Assembly: GCA_026706815.1 (NCBI GenBank)
Contig: JAPOYA010000029.1
Span: 4,556 to 68,555 of the forward strand
DNA from: Acidimicrobiaceae bacterium
Lineage (GTDB): Bacteria; Actinomycetota; Acidimicrobiia; Acidimicrobiales; Aldehydirespiratoraceae
Reading direction: 5' to 3'
DNA length: 64,000 nt
Shown here: piece by piece, positions 1 to 10,124 of the stretch
How the letters are laid out: the number at the start of each line of letters is the position of its first letter
Position numbering within the stretch: the stretch's first letter is position 1
Translations under genes and position numbers: made by a program
Notes under the pieces: generated by a model
Told to the model about the DNA's origin: nothing
The model's input: only the letters and a program-made list of their open reading frames with translations
Databases searched by the model: none

Positions 1-1
1 T

Positions 2-286
2 GCAGCGTTCCCGGGTGACATCGAAAGGCTTGCCAAGCTCGCCACGGGTGACATGGAACTCAAGAGCCTACTGGAGTTGTCAAGAACGCTTCAGGGAGAG
101 ATGCCCAAGAACCTCACATGGATGAAGAAGGCAGGCGTCAACGTTGGCCGCTACAACATGCTCAAGTTGCGGCACATCACCGACGAGGCCGACTGGCTGC
201 TCGCTCAACTGTGGGGGCTGACCCGAGAGCAGTACGAAATTGCAGGCAACCTGCGTGACCGCATGGTCTTCGGCAACAAGGAATGA
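2..286 (+). CDS. C-terminal fragment of a CDS that starts upstream of the window; function unknown
   Basis: The frame is open from the window edge to TGA at 284-286 (AAFPGDIERLAKLATGDMELKSLL...MVFGNKE). I recognise no motif. It is convergent with the DUF5615 gene. Confidence 0.4.
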   Translation, partial: AAFPGDIERLAKLATGDMELKSLLELSRTLQGEMPKNLTWMKKAGVNVGRYNMLKLRHITDEADWLLAQLWGLTREQYEIAGNLRDRMVFGNKE

Positions 287-306
287 CTCGATGATGTCTC
301 ACCGCG

Positions 307-738
307 TCACCGCTGTAGACGCAGATTCCCTCTCGAACGCTGAATCCAGACCCGCGCACCGTAAGGCATCGGGGCCAACTGCTTCTCCCAAGCAGGAACC
401 CATCGGGAGATGCTTTCGATCTGATTTCTCAGTCCGGCCAGTTGGGCAACAAAGACGATGACTTCAAGACCGAGCGAAGTGAGACCTGTGGTGCGAGCAT
501 TGCGACCCCGAAAATCGTCGTCGCACGTAACCAATACTCGTTCGTTTGTCGCACACCAGGCAGCGATTTCATCGTCAGATGCGTTCGAGCTACCGGATGC
601 CGAGATACTCAGTTCGTCAATGCGCGAGACATGGATGATGTCCGCAACGTTCAGGTCGATCGCATCCGCGACTCGATACGAGAGGTTGGCGTCCAGGCAG
701 AAACCAACGCTGCGAGGTTCAGCGCGTGAATTCGGCAA
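307..738 (-). CDS. DUF5615-like (PIN-like/Mut7-C-like) putative toxin
   Basis: 143-aa ORF with 'ERVLVTCDDDF', which resembles the conserved core of DUF5615 proteins. It overlaps the upstream DUF433 gene by 20 bp, the usual DUF433/DUF5615 pair arrangement. Confidence 0.6.
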   Translation of the reverse strand: MPNSRAEPRSVGFCLDANLSYRVADAIDLNVADIIHVSRIDELSISASGSSNASDDEIAAWCATNERVLVTCDDDFRGRNARTTGLTSLGLEVIVFVAQLAGLRNQIESISRWVPAWEKQLAPMPYGARVWIQRSRGNLRLQR

Positions 739-1417
739 CGCCTCTGACCTGGGAGACGCTCAGCTCGTACCATTCCGCGACCTCGTTCTCGGTCGCCACC
801 GCGAGGTTGGCGATAATGGTTTTCGCTGGAATACGGGTGCCGCGAACGATTGGCGCACCGAAACACACGACAGGGTCAATGTTGACCCACGGCGAGATGT
901 CCCAAGCATTCGCCGTGTCATCAACGAAGCGGATCTCGTCTGCAAATACCCGTACCGCGTCGCGCAACGCCAATTGCTTGGGATATCGACCGACAAGTTC
1001 TTCAGCTTGGTCAGCGAAGTCGGCCCATACGCCCACTCCGTCAGTGAAGAACGAACGGTGAGCCAACGGTCGTGTCACCGTCGGCTCGGCGACGCGGAGC
1101 GCTTCAAGCACCTTGCGAACTCTCTGCAACGAGGTGCCTTGGTCCCGGAGACGGCGCACCGTTTCCAAGCTGACAAGATCGAGGAAGCTGATTGTCTCGA
1201 TCCTGTGCGGGTGGCCTGTGGGGGAGACGATAACGGCGAGCCAACGCCGCAACTGTTGTGGTGTGGCCCGATCACCTCTGCCCACGATCGCCGCGGCTTG
1301 TGGAAACGAATATATGCCGTCGCAGAGTCGCGCATCGACACCAGATGTGCATTCGCGCTCGGGTGCGACGGTTTGTGCCATGTGTTTCAGGGTAACCCGA
1401 TTCCACCTGTCGGCCAT
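719..1417 (-). CDS. DUF433 domain protein with an N-terminal HTH-like extension (putative antitoxin/regulator)
   Basis: C-terminal 'PVVCFGAPIVRGTRIPAKTIIANL...EVAEWYELSVSQVRGVAEF' matches the DUF433 signature. N-terminal 'YSFPQAAAIVGRGDRATPQQLRRWL' looks like a MerR/excisionase-type HTH. The start is uncertain (1417 or 1381). Confidence 0.65.
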   Translation of the reverse strand: MADRWNRVTLKHMAQTVAPERECTSGVDARLCDGIYSFPQAAAIVGRGDRATPQQLRRWLAVIVSPTGHPHRIETISFLDLVSLETVRRLRDQGTSLQRVRKVLEALRVAEPTVTRPLAHRSFFTDGVGVWADFADQAEELVGRYPKQLALRDAVRVFADEIRFVDDTANAWDISPWVNIDPVVCFGAPIVRGTRIPAKTIIANLAVATENEVAEWYELSVSQVRGVAEFTR

Positions 1418-1474
1418 GGCTCATGTGCGGTGAGTTGTCGCACGAAATGCAGAGGTCAGAGGAGGTAGCGCACC

Positions 1475-4400
1475 TTGCCGAAGATTCTTGACAACATCGA
1501 CCTTGGGACTGAGAGCGAACTGCTCGAAACACTGAGGTCCTCGTATCGACTGGATGCGGCCATCGGATACTTCAACCTGCGCGGCTGGAAGCTGCTTGCG
1601 GATGCGGTACAGGCAATGCCGAAGCGTCCCGACGGAGCGAAGGCCCGGATTCTGGTCGGAATCCACGAGACCCCGGTCGAAGAGATGCGTCGCCTGACCC
1701 GGATGCGCCAACCCGACCCCATCGACAACCGCACGGCCGCACGCACGAAGAGCGAGACCGTCACGGAGTATCGGGACCAGTTGCAGACAGGGCTCCCGAC
1801 CGAGGGCGACGAGACAGCGCTTCGAGCTCTGCTGCGCCAGATCGAAGCAGGCGATGTGGCAGTGCGCGTCCACACCGCTCATCGGCTTCACGCCAAGCTG
1901 TACCTCTGCCACCGCGAAGACACAGCGGCCCCGCGGGTCGGATATGTCGGCTCCTCCAATCTCACCGTCGCTGGCCTACGTGAGCAGGGCGAGCTCAACG
2001 TGGATGTGGTGGACGGCGACGCCACCGACAAACTGGCCCGCTGGTTCGAGGACCGCTGGGACGACCCGTTCACTGTCGACGCGATGCCCGAGTTGGCTGA
2101 GACGCTGCGCGAGTCGTGGGCGTCAGAAGACCAACTGGACCCGTATCTGGTGTACCTCAAGATGGCCTACCACCTGTCCGCCGAAGCCCGTGAGGGGCTG
2201 ATCGAATACGGCTTGCCGGCTTCGATGCAGGACCAACTTCTGGACTTTCAGGCTGCTGCGGTCAAGATCGCCGCGCGGATCGTGATGCAGAAGGGCGGGG
2301 CGATGATCGGCGATGTGGTCGGCTTGGGCAAGACCTTGGTAGGCACCGCTGTTGCCCGGCTTCTTCAGGAGGAGCAGAGCTTCGAGACGCTGGTGGTGTG
2401 CCCGAAGAATCTCGTCGACATGTGGGAGTCGTATCTGCACACCTACGAGGTGAGGGGCAGAGTCGAGTCGCTGTCGATGGTCCACAAGACCCTGCCGGAC
2501 GCTCGCCGCTACAGGCTGGTGATTGTCGATGAAGCTCACAACCTCCGAAGCGACAAGCGCCGTGACCACGGAGTGCTGAAGGACTACATCGCTGCGAACG
2601 ACTCGAAGGTGCTGTTGTTGACTGCAACGCCGTACAACAAACAGCTCGGCGATCTTGCTTCGCAGCTGTCGCTGTTCATCCGACCTGACGACGACTTGGG
2701 TCTGCGACCGGAGCGGGCGATCGCCGAAGTGGTCGAGGCCGACTTCGAGTTGATGTGCCAAGGGCGGACGTCCACGCTGAATGCCTTCAAGCGGTCTGAG
2801 CACCTTGAGGACTGGCAGGATTTGATGTCGCAATATCTGGTGCGCCGCACCCGCCGGTTCGTCGAGGACAACTACGCCCAGTCAGACGAGTTGGGCCGCT
2901 ACCTGGAGTTCGGCACCGGCAAGAGGTTCTACTTCCCGAAGCGGATCGCCAAGCCCACCGAACGGATCCTGAGCGAAGACGACCCCGCACATGCGATGGC
3001 ATCAGACGACACTCTGAACGCGATCGGAGACCTCCGCCTGCCGCGGTACCAGTTGGGGAACTACATCGACAGCCGGTTCGAGCCCCCCGATGCCGACACC
3101 GCTCAACTCGTGGACGACTTGGACAACTCGGCCAGTGGCAACCTGGCCGGTTTCACGCGGATCACGATGTTCAAACGGCTTTCGTCGTCGGGCCCGGCGT
3201 TCATCGCCACGCTGCGCCGACATCGACTTCGCAACCAGGTAGCCGCCTATGCGCTTGCAGCCGACTCATCGGTGCCCATCGGCTCGGTCGACAACGCGTT
3301 GTGGGCGGCGGAGGTGGACAGCGACCCCGAAGACCAAGGAGCGGGTGACGGTGATACGGGACTGTTCGACTCCGATCACGGCACCGCTGCAAGCGCCTAC
3401 CGCAAACTTCAGGCCAAAGATCCCAAGGCGATTCGCTGGGCACCGCATTACATGTTCGAAGACGGCCTACTGAATGACCTGCAACATGACATAGGCGTCA
3501 TCACCGAGATGCTCGACCGCTTCGGTGCCTGGGACGCTGATCGTGACGGAAAGATCGCAGAACTGGAGCGCTTGATCACCGACGAGCATCCCCACGACAA
3601 GGTCTTGGTCTTCACGGAGGCGGCCGACACGGCCAACTATGTGTCAAGCGAACTGGAGCGGCGTGGCATAGAAGCTGTCGGTGTGGTCACAGGAGACTCC
3701 GAGAATCCCACAGCACTCGCCCAGAGGTTCTCACCCGTGTCCAACAACGTGGTCACCAACGGCTCGCCCATGTCCGATGAACTGCGCGTGCTCGTGTCCA
3801 CCGACGTGCTTTCGGAGGGACAGAACCTCCAGGACGCCCACATCATCGTCAACTACGACCTGCCATGGGCCATCGTCAAGCTCGTCCAACGAGCCGGCCG
3901 CGTGGACCGAATCGGGCAGAACTCGTCTGAAGTGCTGGTCTACTCGCTCATGCCGGCCGACGAGATCGAATCAGAAATCAGTCTGCGGGATCGCATCCGT
4001 GAACGCCTGGGTGAGAACGCCCGACTCCTCGGCTCTGACGAGAGGTTCTTCGGTGACCCAACCGAGAGCCAGATCATTTCCGGCGTGTACGACGAATCGT
4101 CCTCTTTCGGGCTGGGAGGCTCGGGTATCGACGACGTGGACCCTGTGTCTATGGCGTACGAAATCTGGAGACATGCCAGCGACAGTGACCCCGACATTGC
4201 CCGGAGGGTGGCTTCGATGCCCAACGTCGTCTACTCGACCAAACGCACCACGGAGAACGCGCCCCGCACAGGTGTGTTGGTCCATAGCCAAGCGGTCTTG
4301 GGAACTGACGTATTCGCGTTCGTGGAACCGAGCGGCCAAGCCCGCCGCGTCACCCCCCAAGAAGCTCTGAAGCTCGCCGAATGCCAACCCGACACCCCGG

Positions 4401-4786
4401 CGGCCAGCAGGCTCAAGGACCACCACGACCTCACCGCAGCAGCCCTGGGAGGGCCGTTGCGAACACCCACGGGGAGGGCCACCAGTGCTCTGCAAGGTGT
4501 GCGAGGCAAAGTTTGGCGGAGGCTGCATGAGCAGATGGACTGCTTCACCGACAATCTCCTGTTCAGCAGAGCAGAACTCGAAGCAGCTCACGACGCGATG
4601 AATGAACGTCCGCTCTACGAGGCAGCCACGCACCGACTGTCACAAGCGATGCGGGAACGCAGCAACGAAGATTTGGCAGCCCTCGTGGTGGAACTCCACA
4701 AAGACAGTCGGCTCTGCATGCCGCCTCCATCAGAAGGAACCGACGCCGACCCCACCATCGTCGCCACGATGGGATTGCAGCACTGA
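1475..4786 (+). CDS. HKD (phospholipase-D family) nuclease domain fused to an SNF2-family helicase
   Basis: TTG start with GGAGG 9 nt upstream. The N-terminus carries an HKD-like motif 'HAKLYLCHRED...GYVGSSNLT'. Helicase motifs follow: 'GLGKTLVG' (I), 'VIVDEAHNLR' (II, DEAH), 'LLLTATPYNK' (III), 'SEGQNLQ' and 'QRAGRVDRIGQ' (V/VI). 1103 aa. Confidence 0.85.
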   Translation: MPKILDNIDLGTESELLETLRSSYRLDAAIGYFNLRGWKLLADAVQAMPKRPDGAKARILVGIHETPVEEMRRLTRMRQPDPIDNRTAARTKSETVTEYRDQLQTGLPTEGDETALRALLRQIEAGDVAVRVHTAHRLHAKLYLCHREDTAAPRVGYVGSSNLTVAGLREQGELNVDVVDGDATDKLARWFEDRWDDPFTVDAMPELAETLRESWASEDQLDPYLVYLKMAYHLSAEAREGLIEYGLPASMQDQLLDFQAAAVKIAARIVMQKGGAMIGDVVGLGKTLVGTAVARLLQEEQSFETLVVCPKNLVDMWESYLHTYEVRGRVESLSMVHKTLPDARRYRLVIVDEAHNLRSDKRRDHGVLKDYIAANDSKVLLLTATPYNKQLGDLASQLSLFIRPDDDLGLRPERAIAEVVEADFELMCQGRTSTLNAFKRSEHLEDWQDLMSQYLVRRTRRFVEDNYAQSDELGRYLEFGTGKRFYFPKRIAKPTERILSEDDPAHAMASDDTLNAIGDLRLPRYQLGNYIDSRFEPPDADTAQLVDDLDNSASGNLAGFTRITMFKRLSSSGPAFIATLRRHRLRNQVAAYALAADSSVPIGSVDNALWAAEVDSDPEDQGAGDGDTGLFDSDHGTAASAYRKLQAKDPKAIRWAPHYMFEDGLLNDLQHDIGVITEMLDRFGAWDADRDGKIAELERLITDEHPHDKVLVFTEAADTANYVSSELERRGIEAVGVVTGDSENPTALAQRFSPVSNNVVTNGSPMSDELRVLVSTDVLSEGQNLQDAHIIVNYDLPWAIVKLVQRAGRVDRIGQNSSEVLVYSLMPADEIESEISLRDRIRERLGENARLLGSDERFFGDPTESQIISGVYDESSSFGLGGSGIDDVDPVSMAYEIWRHASDSDPDIARRVASMPNVVYSTKRTTENAPRTGVLVHSQAVLGTDVFAFVEPSGQARRVTPQEALKLAECQPDTPAASRLKDHHDLTAAALGGPLRTPTGRATSALQGVRGKVWRRLHEQMDCFTDNLLFSRAELEAAHDAMNERPLYEAATHRLSQAMRERSNEDLAALVVELHKDSRLCMPPPSEGTDADPTIVATMGLQH

Positions 4787-4941
4787 CGCCGAAGTGCGCG
4801 GTCGCCCGTCATTGGGGCGATGGATCGGGGTTGTCTGCAACAGGCGCGTACCGGTGCTGTCCAGCGGGACCAATGGGCAGCTGACATCTGCGCCGAGATC
4901 GGGTTTCCGAAGTGCCGCACAGCAAATGCATCAACCCTTTG

Positions 4942-4971
4942 TTGGCCGGGCACCGAAATGGTCGGTATAGT
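4942..4971 (+). promoter_or_regulatory. Candidate promoter for phd (TTGGCC - 18 nt - TATAGT), giving a leaderless or near-leaderless mRNA
   Basis: TATAGT at 4966-4971 lies 8 nt before the ATG at 4980. A -35-like TTGGCC sits at 4942-4947. Confidence 0.35.
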
Positions 4972-4979
4972 GGGTCAAA

Positions 4980-5219
4980 ATGAACCGGCAGATGACGGCG
5001 ACGCAAGCGAAGAGCCAGCTTTCGTCCTTGCTCAATGATGTGGCGGGGGGCGACGAGATCGAGATCACCAAGCATGGGCGGACAGTCGCTCGGCTGGTCC
5101 CGGCAGTCGGGCCTGCCGCGCTGTGTGGACGATTTGCCGGAGTAGCGGTCAGTGTGTCCGACGACGAGTTGTTGTTCTCAACCGGGGAAGCCTGGGAATC
5201 CTGTCGACCACGCTGCTGA
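4980..5219 (+). CDS. Phd/YefM-family type II antitoxin
   Basis: 'MTATQAKSQLSSLLNDVAGGDEIEITKHGRTVARLVP' is the typical Phd/YefM N-terminal fold signature. 79 aa. An alternative start exists at 4992. Confidence 0.75.
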   Translation: MNRQMTATQAKSQLSSLLNDVAGGDEIEITKHGRTVARLVPAVGPAALCGRFAGVAVSVSDDELLFSTGEAWESCRPRC

Positions 5220-5239
5220 TGGACGCCCATGTACTGTGA
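5201..5239 (+). pseudogene. Remnant of a vapC (PIN toxin) 5' end, truncated after ~10 codons
   Basis: The frame overlapping the phd stop reads L-S-T-T-L-L-M-D-A-H-V-L-stop. 'LLxDxHVL' is the canonical start of VapC PIN toxins that follow Phd-type antitoxins. The frame stops at 5237-5239, exactly where the AT-rich junction begins. Confidence 0.4.
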
Positions 5240-5301
5240 TTTTAGAACTTGTCGGCAAAATATTTTAGGATTTATTGAGGTTTTGTTTTAGAACTTGTCG
5301 G
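5240..5301. repeat. AT-rich junction with a 16-bp direct repeat TTTTAGAACTTGTCGG (5240-5255 and 5286-5301)
   Basis: The two copies are identical and 46 bp apart, in a locally very AT-rich stretch within a high-GC sequence. Confidence 0.7.
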
Positions 5302-5350
5302 ATCGTGGTCGGTTGTCGGTCGGCGCCTGACCGCGGTCAGCGGCCCGTTG

Positions 5351-5719
5351 TCAGTTGTCGGCGTCGACGGCGTGGGTGCGCAGCATCTGCAGAGGGACGA
5401 CTTCCAAGGCCCGTTCATGTGTTGCGGCAAGCCGAACTGGAGCCGCGGCGCCCGCGAGGGCGGCTTCGAGCCAGCGGGCGGCGCAGACACACCAACCGTC
5501 GCCTGGCGAGAGCCCCTCGAAACCCCACTCGGGCCGCGGTGTCGCCAGATCGTTGCCTGCCTCTTTGGAGAACTCCAAGAATTCGCGGGTGACGATTGAA
5601 CAAACGGTGTGCGAACCGACGTCCTCAGCGGAGGTATTGCAGCAACCGTCCCGGAAGAAACCGGTGACGGGATCAGTCCCGCACTCGACTAGTTCAGTCC
5701 CCAAAACGTTTTGTGCCAT
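5351..5719 (-). CDS. DUF2237 family protein
   Basis: 'GFFRDGCCNT...GSHTVCSIVTREFLEFSKEAGNDLATPRPEWGFEGLSPGDGWCVCAARW' matches the conserved DUF2237 pattern. Confidence 0.85.
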   Translation of the reverse strand: MAQNVLGTELVECGTDPVTGFFRDGCCNTSAEDVGSHTVCSIVTREFLEFSKEAGNDLATPRPEWGFEGLSPGDGWCVCAARWLEAALAGAAAPVRLAATHERALEVVPLQMLRTHAVDADN

Positions 5720-5796
5720 ACCTAATCAAACCACGGGCTACATTTCGTTGCGACATCCCAGCCACCGAAGGCAATACACCAGACAGGAAACCCCTG

Positions 5797-6285
5797 ATGC
5801 AACTGCGCTTGGCCACCGTGGCCGATGCCGAAGACCTCCGCCGGATCTACAACCACGAGGTCGAGAACACGACAGCAACCTTCGATATCGAGCCGCGAAG
5901 CCTGCAAGACCAGCGTCAATGGATCACTGAGCGCCAGGGTGCGCTCGGCGTTGTGGTCGCCGAGCTTGAAGGCCGAGTGGTTGGCTTCGCCAGCCTCAGC
6001 CCCTACCGGAACCGGGCCGGTTATCGCACGACCGTCGAGAACAGCGTGTACGTGAGCAAAGATGCAAGAGGGCTCGGCGTGGGTCGGGCGCTGATGGACG
6101 AACTCATCGATATGGCGGTCAAACGGGGATTTCACAGCATGGTCGCTCACATAGTCGGCGGCCATGAAGCGAGCATGGCGCTCCACCGTGCCTGCGGGTT
6201 CGAGGTCGTGGGCACAGAACGCGAGGTGGGTCGGAAATTCGGCGTCTGGCTCGATGCAGTCATCATGCAGCGCATGCTCGCCTAG
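5797..6285 (+). CDS. GNAT N-acetyltransferase, phosphinothricin-acetyltransferase-like
   Basis: 'LRLATVADAEDLRRIYNHEVENTTATFDIEPRS...QRQW' plus the acetyl-CoA motif 'RGLGVGRALMDELI' is typical of the PAT/Bar-like GNAT subfamily. I chose the ATG at 5797 over the upstream ORF start at 5713. Confidence 0.8.
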   Translation: MQLRLATVADAEDLRRIYNHEVENTTATFDIEPRSLQDQRQWITERQGALGVVVAELEGRVVGFASLSPYRNRAGYRTTVENSVYVSKDARGLGVGRALMDELIDMAVKRGFHSMVAHIVGGHEASMALHRACGFEVVGTEREVGRKFGVWLDAVIMQRMLA

Positions 6286-6352
6286 TGGACCAGTGATCTA
6301 GTGGACCAGTGCTCTAGTGGCCCAGTGCTCAGTGGGGCCCAGTGGCCCAGTA
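6282..6352. repeat. Tandem repeat, 16-bp unit CTAGTGGACCAGTGMT x3 plus degenerate copies
   Basis: Units lie at 6282-6297, 6298-6313 and 6314-6329, followed by CAGTGGGGCCCAGTGGCCCAGTAC. The first unit contains the stop codon of the GNAT gene. Confidence 0.8.
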
Positions 6353-6358
6353 CTGACA

Positions 6359-6383
6359 AGGCCCGGCACAGTAGGCCGGGCCT
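6359..6383. terminator. Stem-loop AGGCCCGGC-N7-GCCGGGCCT between the GNAT gene and the tRNA-Tyr 3' end
   Basis: Perfect 9-bp GC-rich stem (6359-6367 / 6375-6383) with a 7-nt loop and no U-tract. It sits 11 nt past the tRNA-Tyr 3' end. Confidence 0.5.
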
Positions 6384-6394
6384 CATCTCCGTTG

Positions 6395-6477
6395 TGGGCC
6401 GAGAAGGATTTGAACCTTCGTAGGCATATGCCGACGGGTTTACAGCCCGTTCCCTTTGGCCGCTCGGGCACCGACCC
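6395..6477 (-). tRNA. tRNA-Tyr (GTA), class II with a long variable arm
   Basis: The reverse complement folds as acceptor GGGTCGG/TCGGCCC, anticodon stem ACGGG/CCCGT with loop CTGTAAA, variable arm CGGCATATGCCTAC, and T-arm GAAGG-TTCAAAT-CCTTC. CCA is not encoded. Confidence 0.9.
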
Positions 6478-6571
6478 GCGGATCAGAAATACTATCGCTT
6501 CAGCACCGGGACCGGCGCAGATTTGCGGCCGGGGTCAATCAAGATCGACTGCCGCTTGATACGGTTTCGCC

Positions 6572-7060
6572 ATGCCGACATTCGATGTGGTCTCAGAACT
6601 CGACGGCCAAGAAGTCCGCAACGCCGTCGATCAAGCCTCCCGCGAGGTGTCCCAGCGCTACGACTTCAAGAACACAGGCTCCTCGGTGCAACTCGGCGAC
6701 AGCGTGATCGAGATGGCGTCGTCGTCGGAGGATCGTCTTGCTGCGCTGCGCCAAGTCCTCGAAGAGAAGCTGGTGAGGCGCAAGGTCAGCCTCCGGGCGC
6801 TCGACTACGGCAGCGTCGAACCGGCCTCTGGAGGGACCGTGCGCCAGACCGCTCGCCTGCAAGCCGGCATCTCCCAGGACAAGGCCAAAGAGATCAACAA
6901 GTTCATCAAAGGCCTCGGCCTCAAGGGCGTCCAGTCATCGGCACGGGGTGAGGAACTGCGAGTGCAGGGCAAGAAGCGCGACGACCTCCAGAAGGTGATC
7001 ACCGCGCTCAAAGAAGCCGACCTGCAGATCCCACTGCAGTTCATCAACTTCCGCGACTGA
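6572..7060 (+). CDS. yajQ: YajQ family (UPF0234) nucleotide/cyclic-di-GMP-binding protein
   Basis: 'MPTFDVVSELDGQEVRNAVDQASREVSQRYDFKNT...' and the C-terminal 'LQFINFRD' are the characteristic YajQ ends. 162 aa. Confidence 0.9.
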   Translation: MPTFDVVSELDGQEVRNAVDQASREVSQRYDFKNTGSSVQLGDSVIEMASSSEDRLAALRQVLEEKLVRRKVSLRALDYGSVEPASGGTVRQTARLQAGISQDKAKEINKFIKGLGLKGVQSSARGEELRVQGKKRDDLQKVITALKEADLQIPLQFINFRD

Positions 7061-7092
7061 GCTGACTCCGCCATTGAGCCAGCTCAGCCAGA

Positions 7093-7938
7093 TCACATCG
7101 AGCGCAGGCGGGCGATCCGCTCGGCGGTCGGGGGATGGGTGCTGAACAGCTTGCCGCCGCCCCTGCTGCCGCGGGCCTGAGCGCTCAGCGGGTTGACGAT
7201 GTAGCTGCTGGCCTGGTTCGGGTTGACGCTGACAGGGATGGCGTTGGCGCCGTGTTCGAGCTTCTCGAGAGCACTGGCCAGAGGTTCGCCGCTGCCGATC
7301 AGCTTCGCTGCTGAGGCGTCGGCCTGGAACTCGCGGCTGCGGCTGATGGCAGCTTGAATGATCATCGCCGCGATGGGCGCCAGAAGAGCAAAGGCGAGCT
7401 CGCCGAGCGGATTGCGATCGCGGTCGCCGCCACCGCCGAACATGGCGCCCCACATGACAATGTTCGCTGCGAATGTGATCGCCATGCCGATCGCGGCGGC
7501 GACCGAGCCGATGAGGATGTCCCGGTTGCGGATGTGGGCCAACTCATGGGCCAGCACGCCTCGAACCTCCTGCCAGTTCATGCGCTCCAGCAAGCCGACG
7601 GTCACCGCCACGGCGGCGTTGTTCGGGTTGCGTCCTGTTGCGAAAGCGTTCGGCTGCGGGTTGGGGGAGATGTAGAGCTTGGGCATGGGCATGCCGGCCC
7701 GCCTCGTGAGATCCTCCATGATCTCGTAGTACTGCGGCGCCTGCTCACGGGTCACCTCCTGAGCACGGGCGGATTTGATCGCCAGCGTGTCGCTGAACCA
7801 GTACGAGCCGCCGACCATGGCCAGAGCGATCACCAGGCCGATCACCAGGCCCGTCGAACTGCCGATGGCGCCGCCCGCCACGATGATCAGCCCGCCGAGC
7901 AGGGCGAGCAGAACGAAGGTCTTTGCTGTGTTGATCAT
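7093..7938 (-). CDS. htpX: Zinc metalloprotease HtpX (M48 family)
   Basis: '[10 protein letters not shown]' HExxH motif, N-terminal TM helices, and a '[13 protein letters not shown]' tail. The ATG at 7938 has GGAGGTG about 9 nt upstream. Confidence 0.9.
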   Translation of the reverse strand: MINTAKTFVLLALLGGLIIVAGGAIGSSTGLVIGLVIALAMVGGSYWFSDTLAIKSARAQEVTREQAPQYYEIMEDLTRRAGMPMPKLYISPNPQPNAFATGRNPNNAAVAVTVGLLERMNWQEVRGVLAHELAHIRNRDILIGSVAAAIGMAITFAANIVMWGAMFGGGGDRDRNPLGELAFALLAPIAAMIIQAAISRSREFQADASAAKLIGSGEPLASALEKLEHGANAIPVSVNPNQASSYIVNPLSAQARGSRGGGKLFSTHPPTAERIARLRSM

Positions 7939-8069
7939 GGGGTAGTTCACCTCCTAGCTGAGCCCCGCTATTGAAACGCGGGGCCGGCCGCCAATTGCCG
8001 CCTACAACACTAGGGCCAGTCTGATGCTCGCGGCTACGCCGATCTCTGCGATTTGGCTATTCCTCCCGG

Positions 8070-10061
<1,992 letters not shown>

Positions 10062-10124
10062 GGCAGATCCCTTCGCGTTCACTTTGTGGCGAAAACCATA
10101 CCCACGGTGGCTATCGCGTGCTGC

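Noticed and set aside
6282-6352. CRISPR array, considered for this and the other tandem repeats (45009, 47939, 40911, 52531)
   Set aside because: The units are directly adjacent, or separated by short identical linkers, rather than by unique spacers of regular size. The unit lengths of 12-21 bp are too short. No cas genes are present.
7058-7085. Bidirectional terminator between yajQ and htpX (TGAGCTG...CAGCTCA)
   Set aside because: The stem is only 7 bp with a 14-nt loop and no U-tract, which is too weak to call with confidence.
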